Positions 49,472 through 59,223 of a stretch of 64,000 bases of DNA are shown here, piece after piece. The number at the start of each line of letters is the position of its first letter. Within the stretch, counting starts at the first letter, position 1. The stretch is taken from positions 988 through 64,987 of the forward strand of contig DASZRC010000026.1 in NCBI GenBank assembly GCA_035549315.1. The letters run 5' to 3'. This DNA comes from Patescibacteria group bacterium (lineage in GTDB: Bacteria > Patescibacteriota > Microgenomatia > Levybacterales > GWA1-39-11). The position numbers were made by a program, and so were the translations under genes. Under the pieces are notes generated by a model, which saw nothing but the letters and a program-made list of their open reading frames with translations, did not search any database and was not told where the DNA came from.

Positions 49472-50796
49472 AGAAGAAAAAAACATCACCAAAAATAACT
49501 AAACATAAAGACAATTCATTAGGAGTTTTTCTTAAAAAAATTATTAAGAATAAAGTTTTAGTAGCAGTTATTGCGCTTTTTATAATTGAATTATTTTTAA
49601 GGTCTTACCAGATGGATATAAAAAATCCTTTTGGATATGACCAAGTAGATAATGCCTGGGCTGCAAAAAGCATAATTATTGACCATAGGTATCCACTGGT
49701 CGGAATGGTTGCAAAAACTAATAGTGGCATTTATATTGGTCCTGCTTATTACTACTTAATATCAATTTTTTATTTTATATTTGATCTTAATCCTGTTGCC
49801 TCAGCTATTTTTGCACTATTAACAAGTGTATTTACATTTTGGACAATATATTTTGTTTTCAAAAAATTATTCAATGAAGGAATTGCGCTAATTGGGTTAA
49901 TTATTAATACCTTCGCTTTACCGGCGATTATATTTGATAGGATACAGTGGCCGGTTGATTTTATTCCTGCAATATCACTTCTAGTGTTTTATTTTTTATA
50001 TAGAGTGTTACAGGGTAAACCAAAGAATTTAATATACCTTGCGCTGGTAACCGGTTTTTTCTTCAATATCCACTTCACTGCAATATTCGCGCCCATTGTA
50101 GTGTTACTTACTCTTCCATGGTTTCCTAGAACTAAGGAGACAGTCAAATACATATTGATATCTATCCCGCTTTTTTTTGTTTGGATAATTCCAAATATTA
50201 TTTACACTATAAATAGTAGAAGCTCTTCATCAAATGCTTCCTATATTAATACTTATTATCATGGCTTTCACCTTAGGCGAATGTTTCAAATAATTGGGGA
50301 TGCATTTATTCAGTTTGATCCATATGTATTTTTTGAATGGATCAAGAAGATAAAACCAATATTTCCTATATTATTTTTTATAATTTATCTAAAGCGAGAA
50401 ACAAATAAGGATAAGTTTAAATTTGTATATTTAGTTTTCTTATGGTTTATGGTTCCATGGATAGTATTCACAGTTTACAGTGGTGAAATAAGTGACTATT
50501 ACTTCTCCTTTAGTAGATTTATTGTCTTAATGATTATTTCCTACATACTTTATTCAATTTTTATTCAAAATTTAATAACAAAAGCTGCGATTTCCATTTT
50601 CCTTGCAGTTTTTTGTGTTATGAATATAATTAATTTCATGCCATACAAGGATGTTGGCTTAAAGAAGAGATATGAAGAAAATGTTATGCCCGCAGTTGAT
50701 AATAAAAGAAGAATAGAGTTTCAGGTTGGAGTACCGGAGTCATATCTTTACTACTACAAAATGAGAGAAAAAGGCGTTGAGGATGTCTATAAATAA
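49468..50796 (+). CDS. polytopic membrane protein (paralog of 47972..49471), unknown family
   Basis: See the previous feature. Many TM segments. Confidence 0.4.
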   Translation: MKKKKTSPKITKHKDNSLGVFLKKIIKNKVLVAVIALFIIELFLRSYQMDIKNPFGYDQVDNAWAAKSIIIDHRYPLVGMVAKTNSGIYIGPAYYYLISIFYFIFDLNPVASAIFALLTSVFTFWTIYFVFKKLFNEGIALIGLIINTFALPAIIFDRIQWPVDFIPAISLLVFYFLYRVLQGKPKNLIYLALVTGFFFNIHFTAIFAPIVVLLTLPWFPRTKETVKYILISIPLFFVWIIPNIIYTINSRSSSSNASYINTYYHGFHLRRMFQIIGDAFIQFDPYVFFEWIKKIKPIFPILFFIIYLKRETNKDKFKFVYLVFLWFMVPWIVFTVYSGEISDYYFSFSRFIVLMIISYILYSIFIQNLITKAAISIFLAVFCVMNIINFMPYKDVGLKKRYEENVMPAVDNKRRIEFQVGVPESYLYYYKMREKGVEDVYK

Positions 50797-50799
50797 TTT

Positions 50800-51588
50800 T
50801 TGAGCATGGCTAAGCAAACAATATCCGTAGTTTTGGCAACATATAATGAAGAATCAAACCTTGCCTCTTGTCTTGATTCAATTAAGAGTCTTGCAGATGA
50901 AATCGTTATCGTAGATGGTGAATCAACGGATAATACACGTGATATTGCAAAACAATTTGGCGCAAAGATTATTGTTACAAAAAATAAGCCTAATTTTCAC
51001 ATAAATAAGCAAATGGGTATAGATGCGGCCAAATCGGATTGGATTTTTCAACTCGATGCAGACGAACATGCAACTCCGGAACTAAATAAGGAAATAATAG
51101 AAAAAATAAACGAGCCAAAGTCTGATATTCAGGGTTATTGGATGCCTCGAAAAAACTATTTTTTGGGACGTTTTCTTATGAAGGGTGGCCAATACCCCGA
51201 CTATACTTTGAGAATCTATAGAAAGGGTAAGGGCAGACTGCCCATGAAAGACGTTCATGAGCAGGCGGTAGTTGAAGGTAGGGTTGGACATTTAAAACAT
51301 GCATTGCTCCATTATCCATATAGCGATTTCTCTCATTACTATAGGAAATGGAATAAGTATAATGATTTTTTCGCGCATCAAATTAAAGAACAGGTAGGGA
51401 ATAAGAACTTTTTTATTCAGCTATTTTATGCGGTTTTGTATTTATTTATAAAACCAACTCATTGGTTTTTAACAACATATTTTAGGCACAAGGGTTTTGT
51501 AGACTCTTGGCAGGGTTTTATATTTTCTTTTTTTTCTGCTTTAAGATTTCCCTGTTCTTATGTAAAATACATTGAGCTTAAAATTTAG
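50800..51588 (+). CDS. GT2 glycosyltransferase, KdtX/WaaE-like
   Basis: ISVVLATYNEE...IVIVDGESTDNT...FQLDADEHATP...GYWMPRKNYFLGR...QYPDYTLRIYRK. Confidence 0.65.
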   Translation: MSMAKQTISVVLATYNEESNLASCLDSIKSLADEIVIVDGESTDNTRDIAKQFGAKIIVTKNKPNFHINKQMGIDAAKSDWIFQLDADEHATPELNKEIIEKINEPKSDIQGYWMPRKNYFLGRFLMKGGQYPDYTLRIYRKGKGRLPMKDVHEQAVVEGRVGHLKHALLHYPYSDFSHYYRKWNKYNDFFAHQIKEQVGNKNFFIQLFYAVLYLFIKPTHWFLTTYFRHKGFVDSWQGFIFSFFSALRFPCSYVKYIELKI

Positions 51589-51596
51589 ATTAACTT

Positions 51597-52598
51597 ATGA
51601 AAATGTTGGTTACCGGTGGAGCCGGATATATAGGAAGCTTTATGACTCGTTTACTTTTAGACCGCGAGTATGAAGTTGTTGTCCTGGATAACTTAGAAAG
51701 AGGAGACAAGGCTAGAATTGATCCACGTGCGGAGTTTATTAAAGGGGATATAAGAGATCAGGCTTTTCTTAAGGATTTCTTTAAGAAATATAAGTTTGAC
51801 GCTGTTTTGCATTTTGCGGGTTATATTGCGGTTGCAGAGTCAGAATTAGATCCTAAGAGATACTACGAGAATAACGTTGAGGGATCAAAAAATTTATTTA
51901 CAGCAGCAATTGAAAGTGGGACAGATAAATTTATTTTTTCTTCTTCTGCTGCAGTGTATGGTAATCCTGAAACCTTACCTATTCCGGAGGACCATCCCAA
52001 AAATCCAACCAGTAATTACGGACAAAATAAGCTTGATGTGGAGAAGATCCTTTCAACTCTTCGAGAGTCCCATCCGGAAGTTGATTTTGTTTGTCTTAGG
52101 TATTTTAACGCTTCCGGAGCAGCATTGGATGGTAGTAATGGAGAGGCTCATGAGCCGGAAACTCACATTATACCTTTGGCTATTCGTGCCGCATTGGGTG
52201 GGTCAGATTTTAAACTATATGGTACAGATTATGATACGGAAGACGGAACCTGTGTCAGAGATTATATCCATGTTTTGGATTTGGTTCAGGCACATATCTT
52301 GGCTTTGGATAAATTGTATTATGAACCAGGAGAATATTATTATAACGTAGGCGTAGGACAAGGCTACACAAACAAGCAGGTTATTGATATGGTAAAAAAA
52401 GTTAGCGGAAAAGAGTTCAAAGTAATTGAGGAGCCAAGAAGGAGCGGCGATCCGGATAAATTAATAGCAGACCCTTCCAGAATCAATAATGAGCTCAGTT
52501 TTAGTCCAAAATATTCGGATCTGCAATCTATAGTAGAGTCTGCTTGGAAATGGCACGTGAGACAATTAGAAACTCAAAATTCAAAACTTAATGAGTAG
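51597..52598 (+). CDS. galE: UDP-glucose 4-epimerase family (GalE-like) NAD-dependent epimerase
   Basis: VTGGAGYIGS (Rossmann fold), SSSAAVYG, and YGQNK (YxxxK). Confidence 0.7.
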   Translation: MKMLVTGGAGYIGSFMTRLLLDREYEVVVLDNLERGDKARIDPRAEFIKGDIRDQAFLKDFFKKYKFDAVLHFAGYIAVAESELDPKRYYENNVEGSKNLFTAAIESGTDKFIFSSSAAVYGNPETLPIPEDHPKNPTSNYGQNKLDVEKILSTLRESHPEVDFVCLRYFNASGAALDGSNGEAHEPETHIIPLAIRAALGGSDFKLYGTDYDTEDGTCVRDYIHVLDLVQAHILALDKLYYEPGEYYYNVGVGQGYTNKQVIDMVKKVSGKEFKVIEEPRRSGDPDKLIADPSRINNELSFSPKYSDLQSIVESAWKWHVRQLETQNSKLNE

Positions 52599-53115
52599 AA
52601 TTTATCGTTTCCTCGTTATAGCGAGCTTATTTTTAACCGTTTTTTCCAAACAAGTTTTTGCTGAATCTTCATATGTTCTTCCATATCCCGGGACTATGCC
52701 AGGGAGCAAGTTATATAAGCTAGACTTAATAAAAGAAAAGTTGTCTGAGTATTGGTATTTTGGTGATTTTGCTCAGTTCGACTATAACCTTCAACTTGCA
52801 GATAAATACTTAGTTGAGGCAAAGACCCTTTTTGAGTACAAACAATATCTACTAGGCTACAATGCTTTGGAAAAATCTAATAGCTACTTTAAAAACATTC
52901 CGCCAACCTTAGTAAATGCTAAGAGAAATGGTAAGGATACCTCAGATAAAAAAGCGATACTAGACCAAGCAGCTAAAAAACACGTAGAAGAACTGATAAT
53001 CATGAAGAAAAATGTTCCCCAGGTATTTAATTGGTCTCCTGAAAAAGCTGCTCCTACAAACTTAAACCTATGGAAGTTGATAGATGATTCAATTAAGGCA
53101 AGAAACTCAATATGA
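52591..53115 (+). CDS. secreted hypothetical protein (DUF5667-like)
   Basis: Signal peptide MSRIYRFLVIASLFLTVFSKQVFA, then LPYPGTMPGSKLYKLDLIKEKL. Confidence 0.4.
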   Translation: MSRIYRFLVIASLFLTVFSKQVFAESSYVLPYPGTMPGSKLYKLDLIKEKLSEYWYFGDFAQFDYNLQLADKYLVEAKTLFEYKQYLLGYNALEKSNSYFKNIPPTLVNAKRNGKDTSDKKAILDQAAKKHVEELIIMKKNVPQVFNWSPEKAAPTNLNLWKLIDDSIKARNSI

Positions 53116-54242
53116 TAAGAAAAATATATTATTTGTATTTAGTACTTTTTTTAACTTTTTCTATATTTACATATCTTTTTGTTGATAGTAACTTTTTTTA
53201 CCTCAAAAGCCTTGTTACGGGTATTGGGCTGCATGACAGGATATTGGTTTCATTAATATACCTTTTGTATATGGTTTTATTTTTTATACTTTATTTTTTA
53301 TTGATAAAAAATATTAATAGAGTGCCTGCTGTAATAAAAAGCTCAATACTTCCAACTGTAATTGTTTTAGCTTTTTTAATTTTCTCCTATCCCACTATTA
53401 TTTCATATGATGTTTTTAATTATGCTGCTACCGCCAAGGTAACATTTGGTTATAGAGAGAATCCGTATATAATAATGCCAATAGAATTTAGGCAAGATAG
53501 TTTATTAAGGTTCACGCAGGCTGCCAATAAGATAGCCCTTTATGCTCCATTCTGGATATTAATAAGTTTTATACCTTTTGTTCTTGCGTTCGGTAATTAT
53601 TTAGTATTAATTTACCTATTCAAACTTTTAGCGGCAATATTTTTAATCGGGTGTGTTTACTTACTTTTGAAGTTAAGTGATAAACCAAATCCCGCTTTGT
53701 ATTTTGCTCTAAGCCCACTTGTTTTAGTTGAGACAATTGTTTCTGGGCACAATGATATTGTTATGATGTTTTTAGCATTAGCCGCGTTTTATTTTGCTAA
53801 GAATAAAAAGATTTTAATTTCCTTAGTATTTATTTTCCTATCAATATTAATAAAGTATTCAACAATTGTTTTATTACCTACGCTAATATACTCAATCTAT
53901 TTAATTGCAAGAAATGTAAAAATTGATTGGGATAGGATATATTTTTTAAATTTTGTATTATTATTTATAGTTTTTTTACTTTCTCCCATTCGTGCCGAAA
54001 TTTATCCTTGGTATGCAATATGGCCATTATCTTTTCTTGTACTCACTAAAAAAAGAAATTTAATTTACCTTTTTACATTCTTTTCTTTTTGTTTGATGGC
54101 TAGATATATTCCCTATATGTTAACAGGTGACAATTTTGGCTTAACCCCAAACATTAAGATGTTTATGACATTCTTTCCAACAGGAATTATAGCTTTGTAT
54201 ATGATATTCAAAAAAAAGTTGTTGGCGAATAATAGTTTATGA
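53112..54242 (+). CDS. polytopic membrane protein, GT-C-like (paralog of 16045..17196)
   Basis: ISYDVFNYAATAKV ... VSGHNDIVMMFLALAAFYF. Confidence 0.4.
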   Translation: MIRKIYYLYLVLFLTFSIFTYLFVDSNFFYLKSLVTGIGLHDRILVSLIYLLYMVLFFILYFLLIKNINRVPAVIKSSILPTVIVLAFLIFSYPTIISYDVFNYAATAKVTFGYRENPYIIMPIEFRQDSLLRFTQAANKIALYAPFWILISFIPFVLAFGNYLVLIYLFKLLAAIFLIGCVYLLLKLSDKPNPALYFALSPLVLVETIVSGHNDIVMMFLALAAFYFAKNKKILISLVFIFLSILIKYSTIVLLPTLIYSIYLIARNVKIDWDRIYFLNFVLLFIVFLLSPIRAEIYPWYAIWPLSFLVLTKKRNLIYLFTFFSFCLMARYIPYMLTGDNFGLTPNIKMFMTFFPTGIIALYMIFKKKLLANNSL

Positions 54243-55903
54243 CAGGAAAAATCCTCACGCTTATTAAAAAGAATTTAGCACTAATAATTGCTGTAGGATT
54301 TGCTTTATTAGCAGTAATTGACCTAAGTCATTTTGGTCTTCCGCCAACACATGATGCTGAGTATCACGTTATGCGTTTTCAGCAGTTTTATAAGGAAATT
54401 TCTCAAGGGATTTTTTATCCCCGTTGGGCACCAGATTTTAATAATGGTTTTGGAATTCCCTTATTTAACTATGTATATCCTCTGCCAAATTTTGTGGCAG
54501 CGTTATTTCATTCATTGGGTTTTGGCTTTATTGATTCTTTTAAGCTGAATATGGTGCTCGCAACTTTATTTGGCTCTATATTTTTCTACTTGTGGTCCAA
54601 AAAGTATTGGGGGACTCTTGGTGCAATGGTGTCTTCTATTTTTTATACCTTCTCACCATACCACTTTGTTGATATATATGTCAGGGGATCTGTTGGAGAA
54701 GTTTGGGCTTTAGCAATTTTTCCTGCTTTATTGTGGTCATATTCTGAATACTCTGAAAATAAAAAAAATGCATACATTGTTTTATCAAGTGTTTTTTTGG
54801 GTCTACTTATTTATTCGCACAACATTCTTGCTTTAATCTCTTTTATCTTTTTTACACTTTATGCATTTATTCTTATTAAGAAAAAAAGAGTTTTTACTCA
54901 AATTAAATCTTTTATTTTCATTGTTGTTATGGGCTTTGGTTTGGGTGCCCCCTTTTGGTTACCTGCGATACTAGAGACAAAGTATGTTACCGGTTTGCAG
55001 TTATTTGATGTAACGAAAAACTTTACACCTATTTATAAGTTTTTTGTTCCTACTTGGGGGTTTGGATTATCACCCGCTGATCCGCTAAATCCTATGTCGG
55101 TCCAATTGGGGTATGCAAACATTCTAGCTGTTTTGTTAAGTATTTTTGTGTGCATATTGAGTAAAAGAAAAAAGCTTTTAGTTTTCTTTATTGTTTCTTA
55201 TTTTTTAATTTTCTTTATGATGACTAGTTATTCCACAATATTTTGGAAAATTATTCCTTTAATTTCTTATTTTCAATTTCCGTGGAGATTGCTAGGCCTA
55301 GAGATTTTAATTTCATCTTTTCTTGTAGGGTCAATATTTTCACTTAAATACCTAGATAAAAAGGAAAACATTCAGATAATTATAGCCTCTGTTTTGATAG
55401 TTATTTCTGTGGGATTAAGCTTTAGATATATGAAGGCGCCATTCTATCACCAAAGATTGGATTCTCATTATTTAACCAGAAGTAACTTTACAGATGGTAC
55501 AAATAGTCCGGGAAATTCATTTAATACACTATGGCTAACCAAAGGCTTGCCTAAAAAACAAAAAGATAAGGTGAAAATAGTTAATGGTCAAGGTAGTGTT
55601 GGTATAGTCAATGCTACTGCTAATGATTATGTAATTGTTGCAAATTCCAAAAAGGGGATGGCAATTATTTTAAATGTTGCTTATTTTCCAGCATGGCAGG
55701 CAAGTATTGGGAATAAAAAAACTTTAATTTATGAAAAAGACGGAATTGTGGAGATCAAAGTACCAAAGGGCAGAAGTGTAGTTGAGGTAAAACTTACAAA
55801 TACACCAATTGAAGCTTTTGCATGTCTTTATTTTTTGATATCGCTTATTCTTCTGGTGCTGATTAGCAATAAAAGTATTGATATAATTAACCCTATTAAA
55901 TAA
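54239..55903 (+). CDS. polytopic membrane protein, PTPS-related-domain-like family (paralog)
   Basis: THDAEYHVMRFQQFYKEISQGIFYPRWAPDFNNGFGIPLFNYVYP, YVRGSVGEV, YSHN, YFPAWQASIG. Confidence 0.5.
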   Translation: MTGKILTLIKKNLALIIAVGFALLAVIDLSHFGLPPTHDAEYHVMRFQQFYKEISQGIFYPRWAPDFNNGFGIPLFNYVYPLPNFVAALFHSLGFGFIDSFKLNMVLATLFGSIFFYLWSKKYWGTLGAMVSSIFYTFSPYHFVDIYVRGSVGEVWALAIFPALLWSYSEYSENKKNAYIVLSSVFLGLLIYSHNILALISFIFFTLYAFILIKKKRVFTQIKSFIFIVVMGFGLGAPFWLPAILETKYVTGLQLFDVTKNFTPIYKFFVPTWGFGLSPADPLNPMSVQLGYANILAVLLSIFVCILSKRKKLLVFFIVSYFLIFFMMTSYSTIFWKIIPLISYFQFPWRLLGLEILISSFLVGSIFSLKYLDKKENIQIIIASVLIVISVGLSFRYMKAPFYHQRLDSHYLTRSNFTDGTNSPGNSFNTLWLTKGLPKKQKDKVKIVNGQGSVGIVNATANDYVIVANSKKGMAIILNVAYFPAWQASIGNKKTLIYEKDGIVEIKVPKGRSVVEVKLTNTPIEAFACLYFLISLILLVLISNKSIDIINPIK

Positions 55904-56177
55904 TTTTAAATCTTGGTATGTTTTATTATATATATATGTCTTAAAGTCAGACAAGGATAAAATGTTCTATACTGGTTATACTAAAGATTTAAAATTAAGA
56001 TTTAAGCAACACATGGATAAAAAGGTTCAATCTACTAAAAAGAGGGGAAGGCTTAGGCTAATTTATTACGAAGCATGCTTGAATCAACAAGATGCTACCC
56101 ATAGGGAAAAATATCTCAAAACGTATTTGGGAAAAATGTTTTTAAGGAATAGACTTAAATCTTATTTAACAGGGTAA
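55887..56177 (+). CDS. GIY-YIG nuclease family protein. No canonical start codon upstream of the conserved N-terminal strand, so it may be non-canonically initiated or N-terminally decayed.
   Basis: The track ORF 55962..56177 (MFYTGYTKDLKLRFKQH...RLIYYEACLNQQDATHREKYLK) lacks the first GIY beta-strand. The same frame upstream, back to the stop at 55884, encodes SWYVLLYIYVLKSDKDK, which supplies that strand. That stretch contains no ATG, GTG or TTG. Confidence 0.45.
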   Translation, partial: LTLLNNFKSWYVLLYIYVLKSDKDKMFYTGYTKDLKLRFKQHMDKKVQSTKKRGRLRLIYYEACLNQQDATHREKYLKTYLGKMFLRNRLKSYLTG

Positions 56178-56181
56178 AAAT

Positions 56182-57219
56182 ATGAAAGTAGGAATTGACA
56201 TATCACCATTATCTAGTGGACACAAGGTTCGCGGTGTAGGGTTTTACGTTAAGCTCTTAAAAGATAATATTGCAGAATTAGATAAAAAAAACGAATACTC
56301 TTTTTTTGAGGGAAACCCGCCGCCTAATCTTGATTTAGTCCATTATCCCTATTTTGATCCTTTTCAAATTACGCTTCCAAGTCATTTCTCAAATAAAACC
56401 ATGGTAACAGTTCATGATCTAACGCCAATTGTATTTGGGCAGCACTTTCCGGCCGGGCTTATGGGTAAACTAAGGTGGGCATTTCAAAAAAAAAGATTAA
56501 AAAGGGTAGACTCAATACTTGCGGATTCGGAATGTTCTAAGAAAGATATAGTAAAGATAACAGGAATTAGTGAAGAAAAAATAAAAGTTGTTTACCTTGC
56601 TGCAAATAAAATTTATAAAAAAATTAAATTGGGTAGCAATGCTTCACAAGTAAAAAAGAAATTCAGTTTGCCGGATGAGTTCGTTTTATATGTGGGGGAC
56701 GCCACATGGAATAAAAACTTACCAAAGCTTATCGAATCAATTAAGAAAACTTCATACAAGCTCGTTTTGGTGGGTAAGGTTTGGGAAAATACCTTTGAAA
56801 CGGTTTCCGATAATCCTTGGAATGAAGATCTTAAGAAAGTTTTGAAAGAGATTGATCAGGATGAGCAATTTATAAAATTAGGATTTGTTTCAGATGAAGA
56901 TTTGGCAATAGTTTATAATTTGGCCACTGTTTTTATAATGCCCTCAATATATGAAGGCTTTGGTCTTCCGGTTCTTGAGGCAATGAGTTGTGGTACTCCT
57001 GTTATTACTACAAGGGGCGGAAGTTTGCCGGAAGTTGCTGGTCAAGCAGGCTATTATGTTGATGTTGAAGACGTAGAGAATATAAGAGAAGGCATAAATG
57101 CTATGATGACAGACAAAAAATTACGCGATTTATTTTCAAAAAAAAGCATAGAACAATCTAAAAAATTCTCAATTAAGAAAATGATTACCGATACGGTTTC
57201 TTCTTATGCCTCTGTATGA
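56182..57219 (+). CDS. GT4 glycosyltransferase
   Basis: EGFGLPVLEAMSCGTPVITTRGGSLPEV. Confidence 0.75.
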   Translation: MKVGIDISPLSSGHKVRGVGFYVKLLKDNIAELDKKNEYSFFEGNPPPNLDLVHYPYFDPFQITLPSHFSNKTMVTVHDLTPIVFGQHFPAGLMGKLRWAFQKKRLKRVDSILADSECSKKDIVKITGISEEKIKVVYLAANKIYKKIKLGSNASQVKKKFSLPDEFVLYVGDATWNKNLPKLIESIKKTSYKLVLVGKVWENTFETVSDNPWNEDLKKVLKEIDQDEQFIKLGFVSDEDLAIVYNLATVFIMPSIYEGFGLPVLEAMSCGTPVITTRGGSLPEVAGQAGYYVDVEDVENIREGINAMMTDKKLRDLFSKKSIEQSKKFSIKKMITDTVSSYASV

Positions 57220-58484
57220 ATAAGATAAGAGAGATTATCAAAAACCCTCTAATATTTGGGAGCTCAATCATTTTAATAGGGTCATTGGCTGCTAACTTGG
57301 GTCATTATCTGTTTAATCTAATCTTGGGAAGGTGGCTTTTAACACCTTCTCAGTATGGTCTTGTAGTTTCACTAGTTTCTGTTACAGTTCTATTCTCTGT
57401 TTTTCAGCTTGCCCTTACCGGTATTTTTGCCAAATTTTCTGCCCAATTTGAAGCTTCAAAAGATAAAATTAGCCTTTCAGACCTAATTAAAAAAGGGTTT
57501 AGCTTAACCCTCTTAGTTTCCTCTCTTATCCTAGTTATTTTAATCATATTTTTTAAGTCTTTTTCAGATTTTCTGCACGTCAATAACATATTCATAGTTT
57601 TGCTAACTTTTGCATATATCTTTCTATCTATTCTCTCATCCTTGCCTATGGGAATATTGCAGGGTAGAGTAAGGGTATATGTAATATCATTTCTAAATAT
57701 TTCCAATGCAATAGTTAAGCTTATTGTGGGGGTTGGATTGGTACTTCTGGGTTATAAGGTAACCGGAGCAATGATTGGAATTGTCTTGTCTATTATCATT
57801 ATGCTTGTCATGGGCCTTTTCTTTATAAGAAAGAATGTAATTAAAAAAACTGACAAAAGAGAAAATGAACAAAAACTCTTGGTAGAAGAATTAAAAAAAT
57901 ATGGTGTTAAATTTTTCTTTGCAACTCTTGGAATAACGATGTTTACGAGCATGGATGTTATACTTGCCAGACATTTTTTCTCTCCTCTTATTGCCGGACA
58001 GTACGCAGCGCTTGCGTTAATGGGTAAGGCAATATTTTATCTAACCTTTCCAATTTATTTTGTTTTTTTCCCTCTTGTGGCACAGAAAAAAGCGAAAAAA
58101 GAAAAAGTTCACAATTTATTGATACAAGGTGCATTCCTTATACTTACCGTATCAATTCTTTCCAGTATTTTCTATTTTATTTATCCCCACATAGTGCTAA
58201 AGGTATTTTTCCCAAAGCCAGAGTACGCAGTTCTCGCAAAATATTTAGGAATATTTTCTATATTTATATTAATTTTTTCCATTGCAAATCTATTTAACAA
58301 TTTTCTTCTTTCAATCGGTAAAACAAATATCTACTTGATCAACTTGTTTTGTGCGCTTGTAATGATAATACTTGTCTATATTTTCCACTCCGCACTTATC
58401 CAAATAATTTATGCTTTAATTGGAACTTCGCTTTTACTTTTCATTTCCCTTTTTATATACTACTGGTACAATGGCCGCGATTAA
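57216..58484 (+). CDS. oligosaccharide/polysaccharide flippase (Wzx-like, MOP superfamily)
   Basis: About 12 TM segments with the polysaccharide-biosynthesis-protein-type N-terminus. Confidence 0.55.
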   Translation: MNKIREIIKNPLIFGSSIILIGSLAANLGHYLFNLILGRWLLTPSQYGLVVSLVSVTVLFSVFQLALTGIFAKFSAQFEASKDKISLSDLIKKGFSLTLLVSSLILVILIIFFKSFSDFLHVNNIFIVLLTFAYIFLSILSSLPMGILQGRVRVYVISFLNISNAIVKLIVGVGLVLLGYKVTGAMIGIVLSIIIMLVMGLFFIRKNVIKKTDKRENEQKLLVEELKKYGVKFFFATLGITMFTSMDVILARHFFSPLIAGQYAALALMGKAIFYLTFPIYFVFFPLVAQKKAKKEKVHNLLIQGAFLILTVSILSSIFYFIYPHIVLKVFFPKPEYAVLAKYLGIFSIFILIFSIANLFNNFLLSIGKTNIYLINLFCALVMIILVYIFHSALIQIIYALIGTSLLLFISLFIYYWYNGRD

Positions 58485-59223
58485 ACTATTTTCTCTGGTT
58501 CTGCCTGTTTATAAACAAAGCAATACAATTGTTAAGAATATAAATGAGTTGGAAAGTGTCCTCAAGACCTTGCCTTTCAAATCAGAACTTATTATAGTTC
58601 TCGATGGACAAGATCTGGAAACAAGCAGAAAAATTAACTCTTTAATCCAAAAAAATAAAAAAGGAAATATCAAATTTTATGAATACGAATTAAACCAAGG
58701 CAAAGGGTATGCGGTAAAGTACGGAGTCTCAAAAGCAAAAGGAGATATAATTGGTTTTATAGATGCAGGTCTTGATATCAATCCATCAGAAATAAGTTTA
58801 ATGATAAATCTTATGGAGTGGAATGATGCAGATATAATAGTTGGTAGCAAGCTTCACCCGGAATCAAAAGTTAACTACCCTTTTGCGAGAAAAGTTTTGT
58901 CTTGGGGATATAGAACCTTTACTCACCTCCTTTTTGGATTTACGGTAAGAGACACTCAAGTTGGATTAAAGATTTTTAAAGGTAAGGTTGCAAGGGATGT
59001 TTTTCCCAAAATCGTTGTAAAAAGATTTGCCTTTGATATCGAGGTTTTGGCCGTATCTTATAGGTTGGGATACAAAAAAATATTTGAAGCTCCTGTTGTT
59101 TTAGACTTCAAAAATGGTACTATTACATCTAGTAATTTTTGGAGAATAATATTTTGGATGCTTTGGGATACTATGGCTGTATTCTACAGAATCAACATCC
59201 TCCGTTATTACGATCGTAAATGA
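58471..59223 (+). CDS. GT2 polyprenyl-phosphate sugar synthase (DPM1-like)
   Basis: FSLVLPVYKQSN...LIIVLDGQD...GFIDAGLDINP...IVGSKLH...QVGLKIFK. Start is set at the ATG at 58471 rather than the track start 58420. Confidence 0.65.
   Translation: MAAIKLFSLVLPVYKQSNTIVKNINELESVLKTLPFKSELIIVLDGQDLETSRKINSLIQKNKKGNIKFYEYELNQGKGYAVKYGVSKAKGDIIGFIDAGLDINPSEISLMINLMEWNDADIIVGSKLHPESKVNYPFARKVLSWGYRTFTHLLFGFTVRDTQVGLKIFKGKVARDVFPKIVVKRFAFDIEVLAVSYRLGYKKIFEAPVVLDFKNGTITSSNFWRIIFWMLWDTMAVFYRINILRYYDRK

Noticed and set aside
51877-52350. 157-aa ORF in an alternate + frame inside galE
   Set aside because: It is fully embedded in the well-supported epimerase reading frame and has no recognisable motifs.
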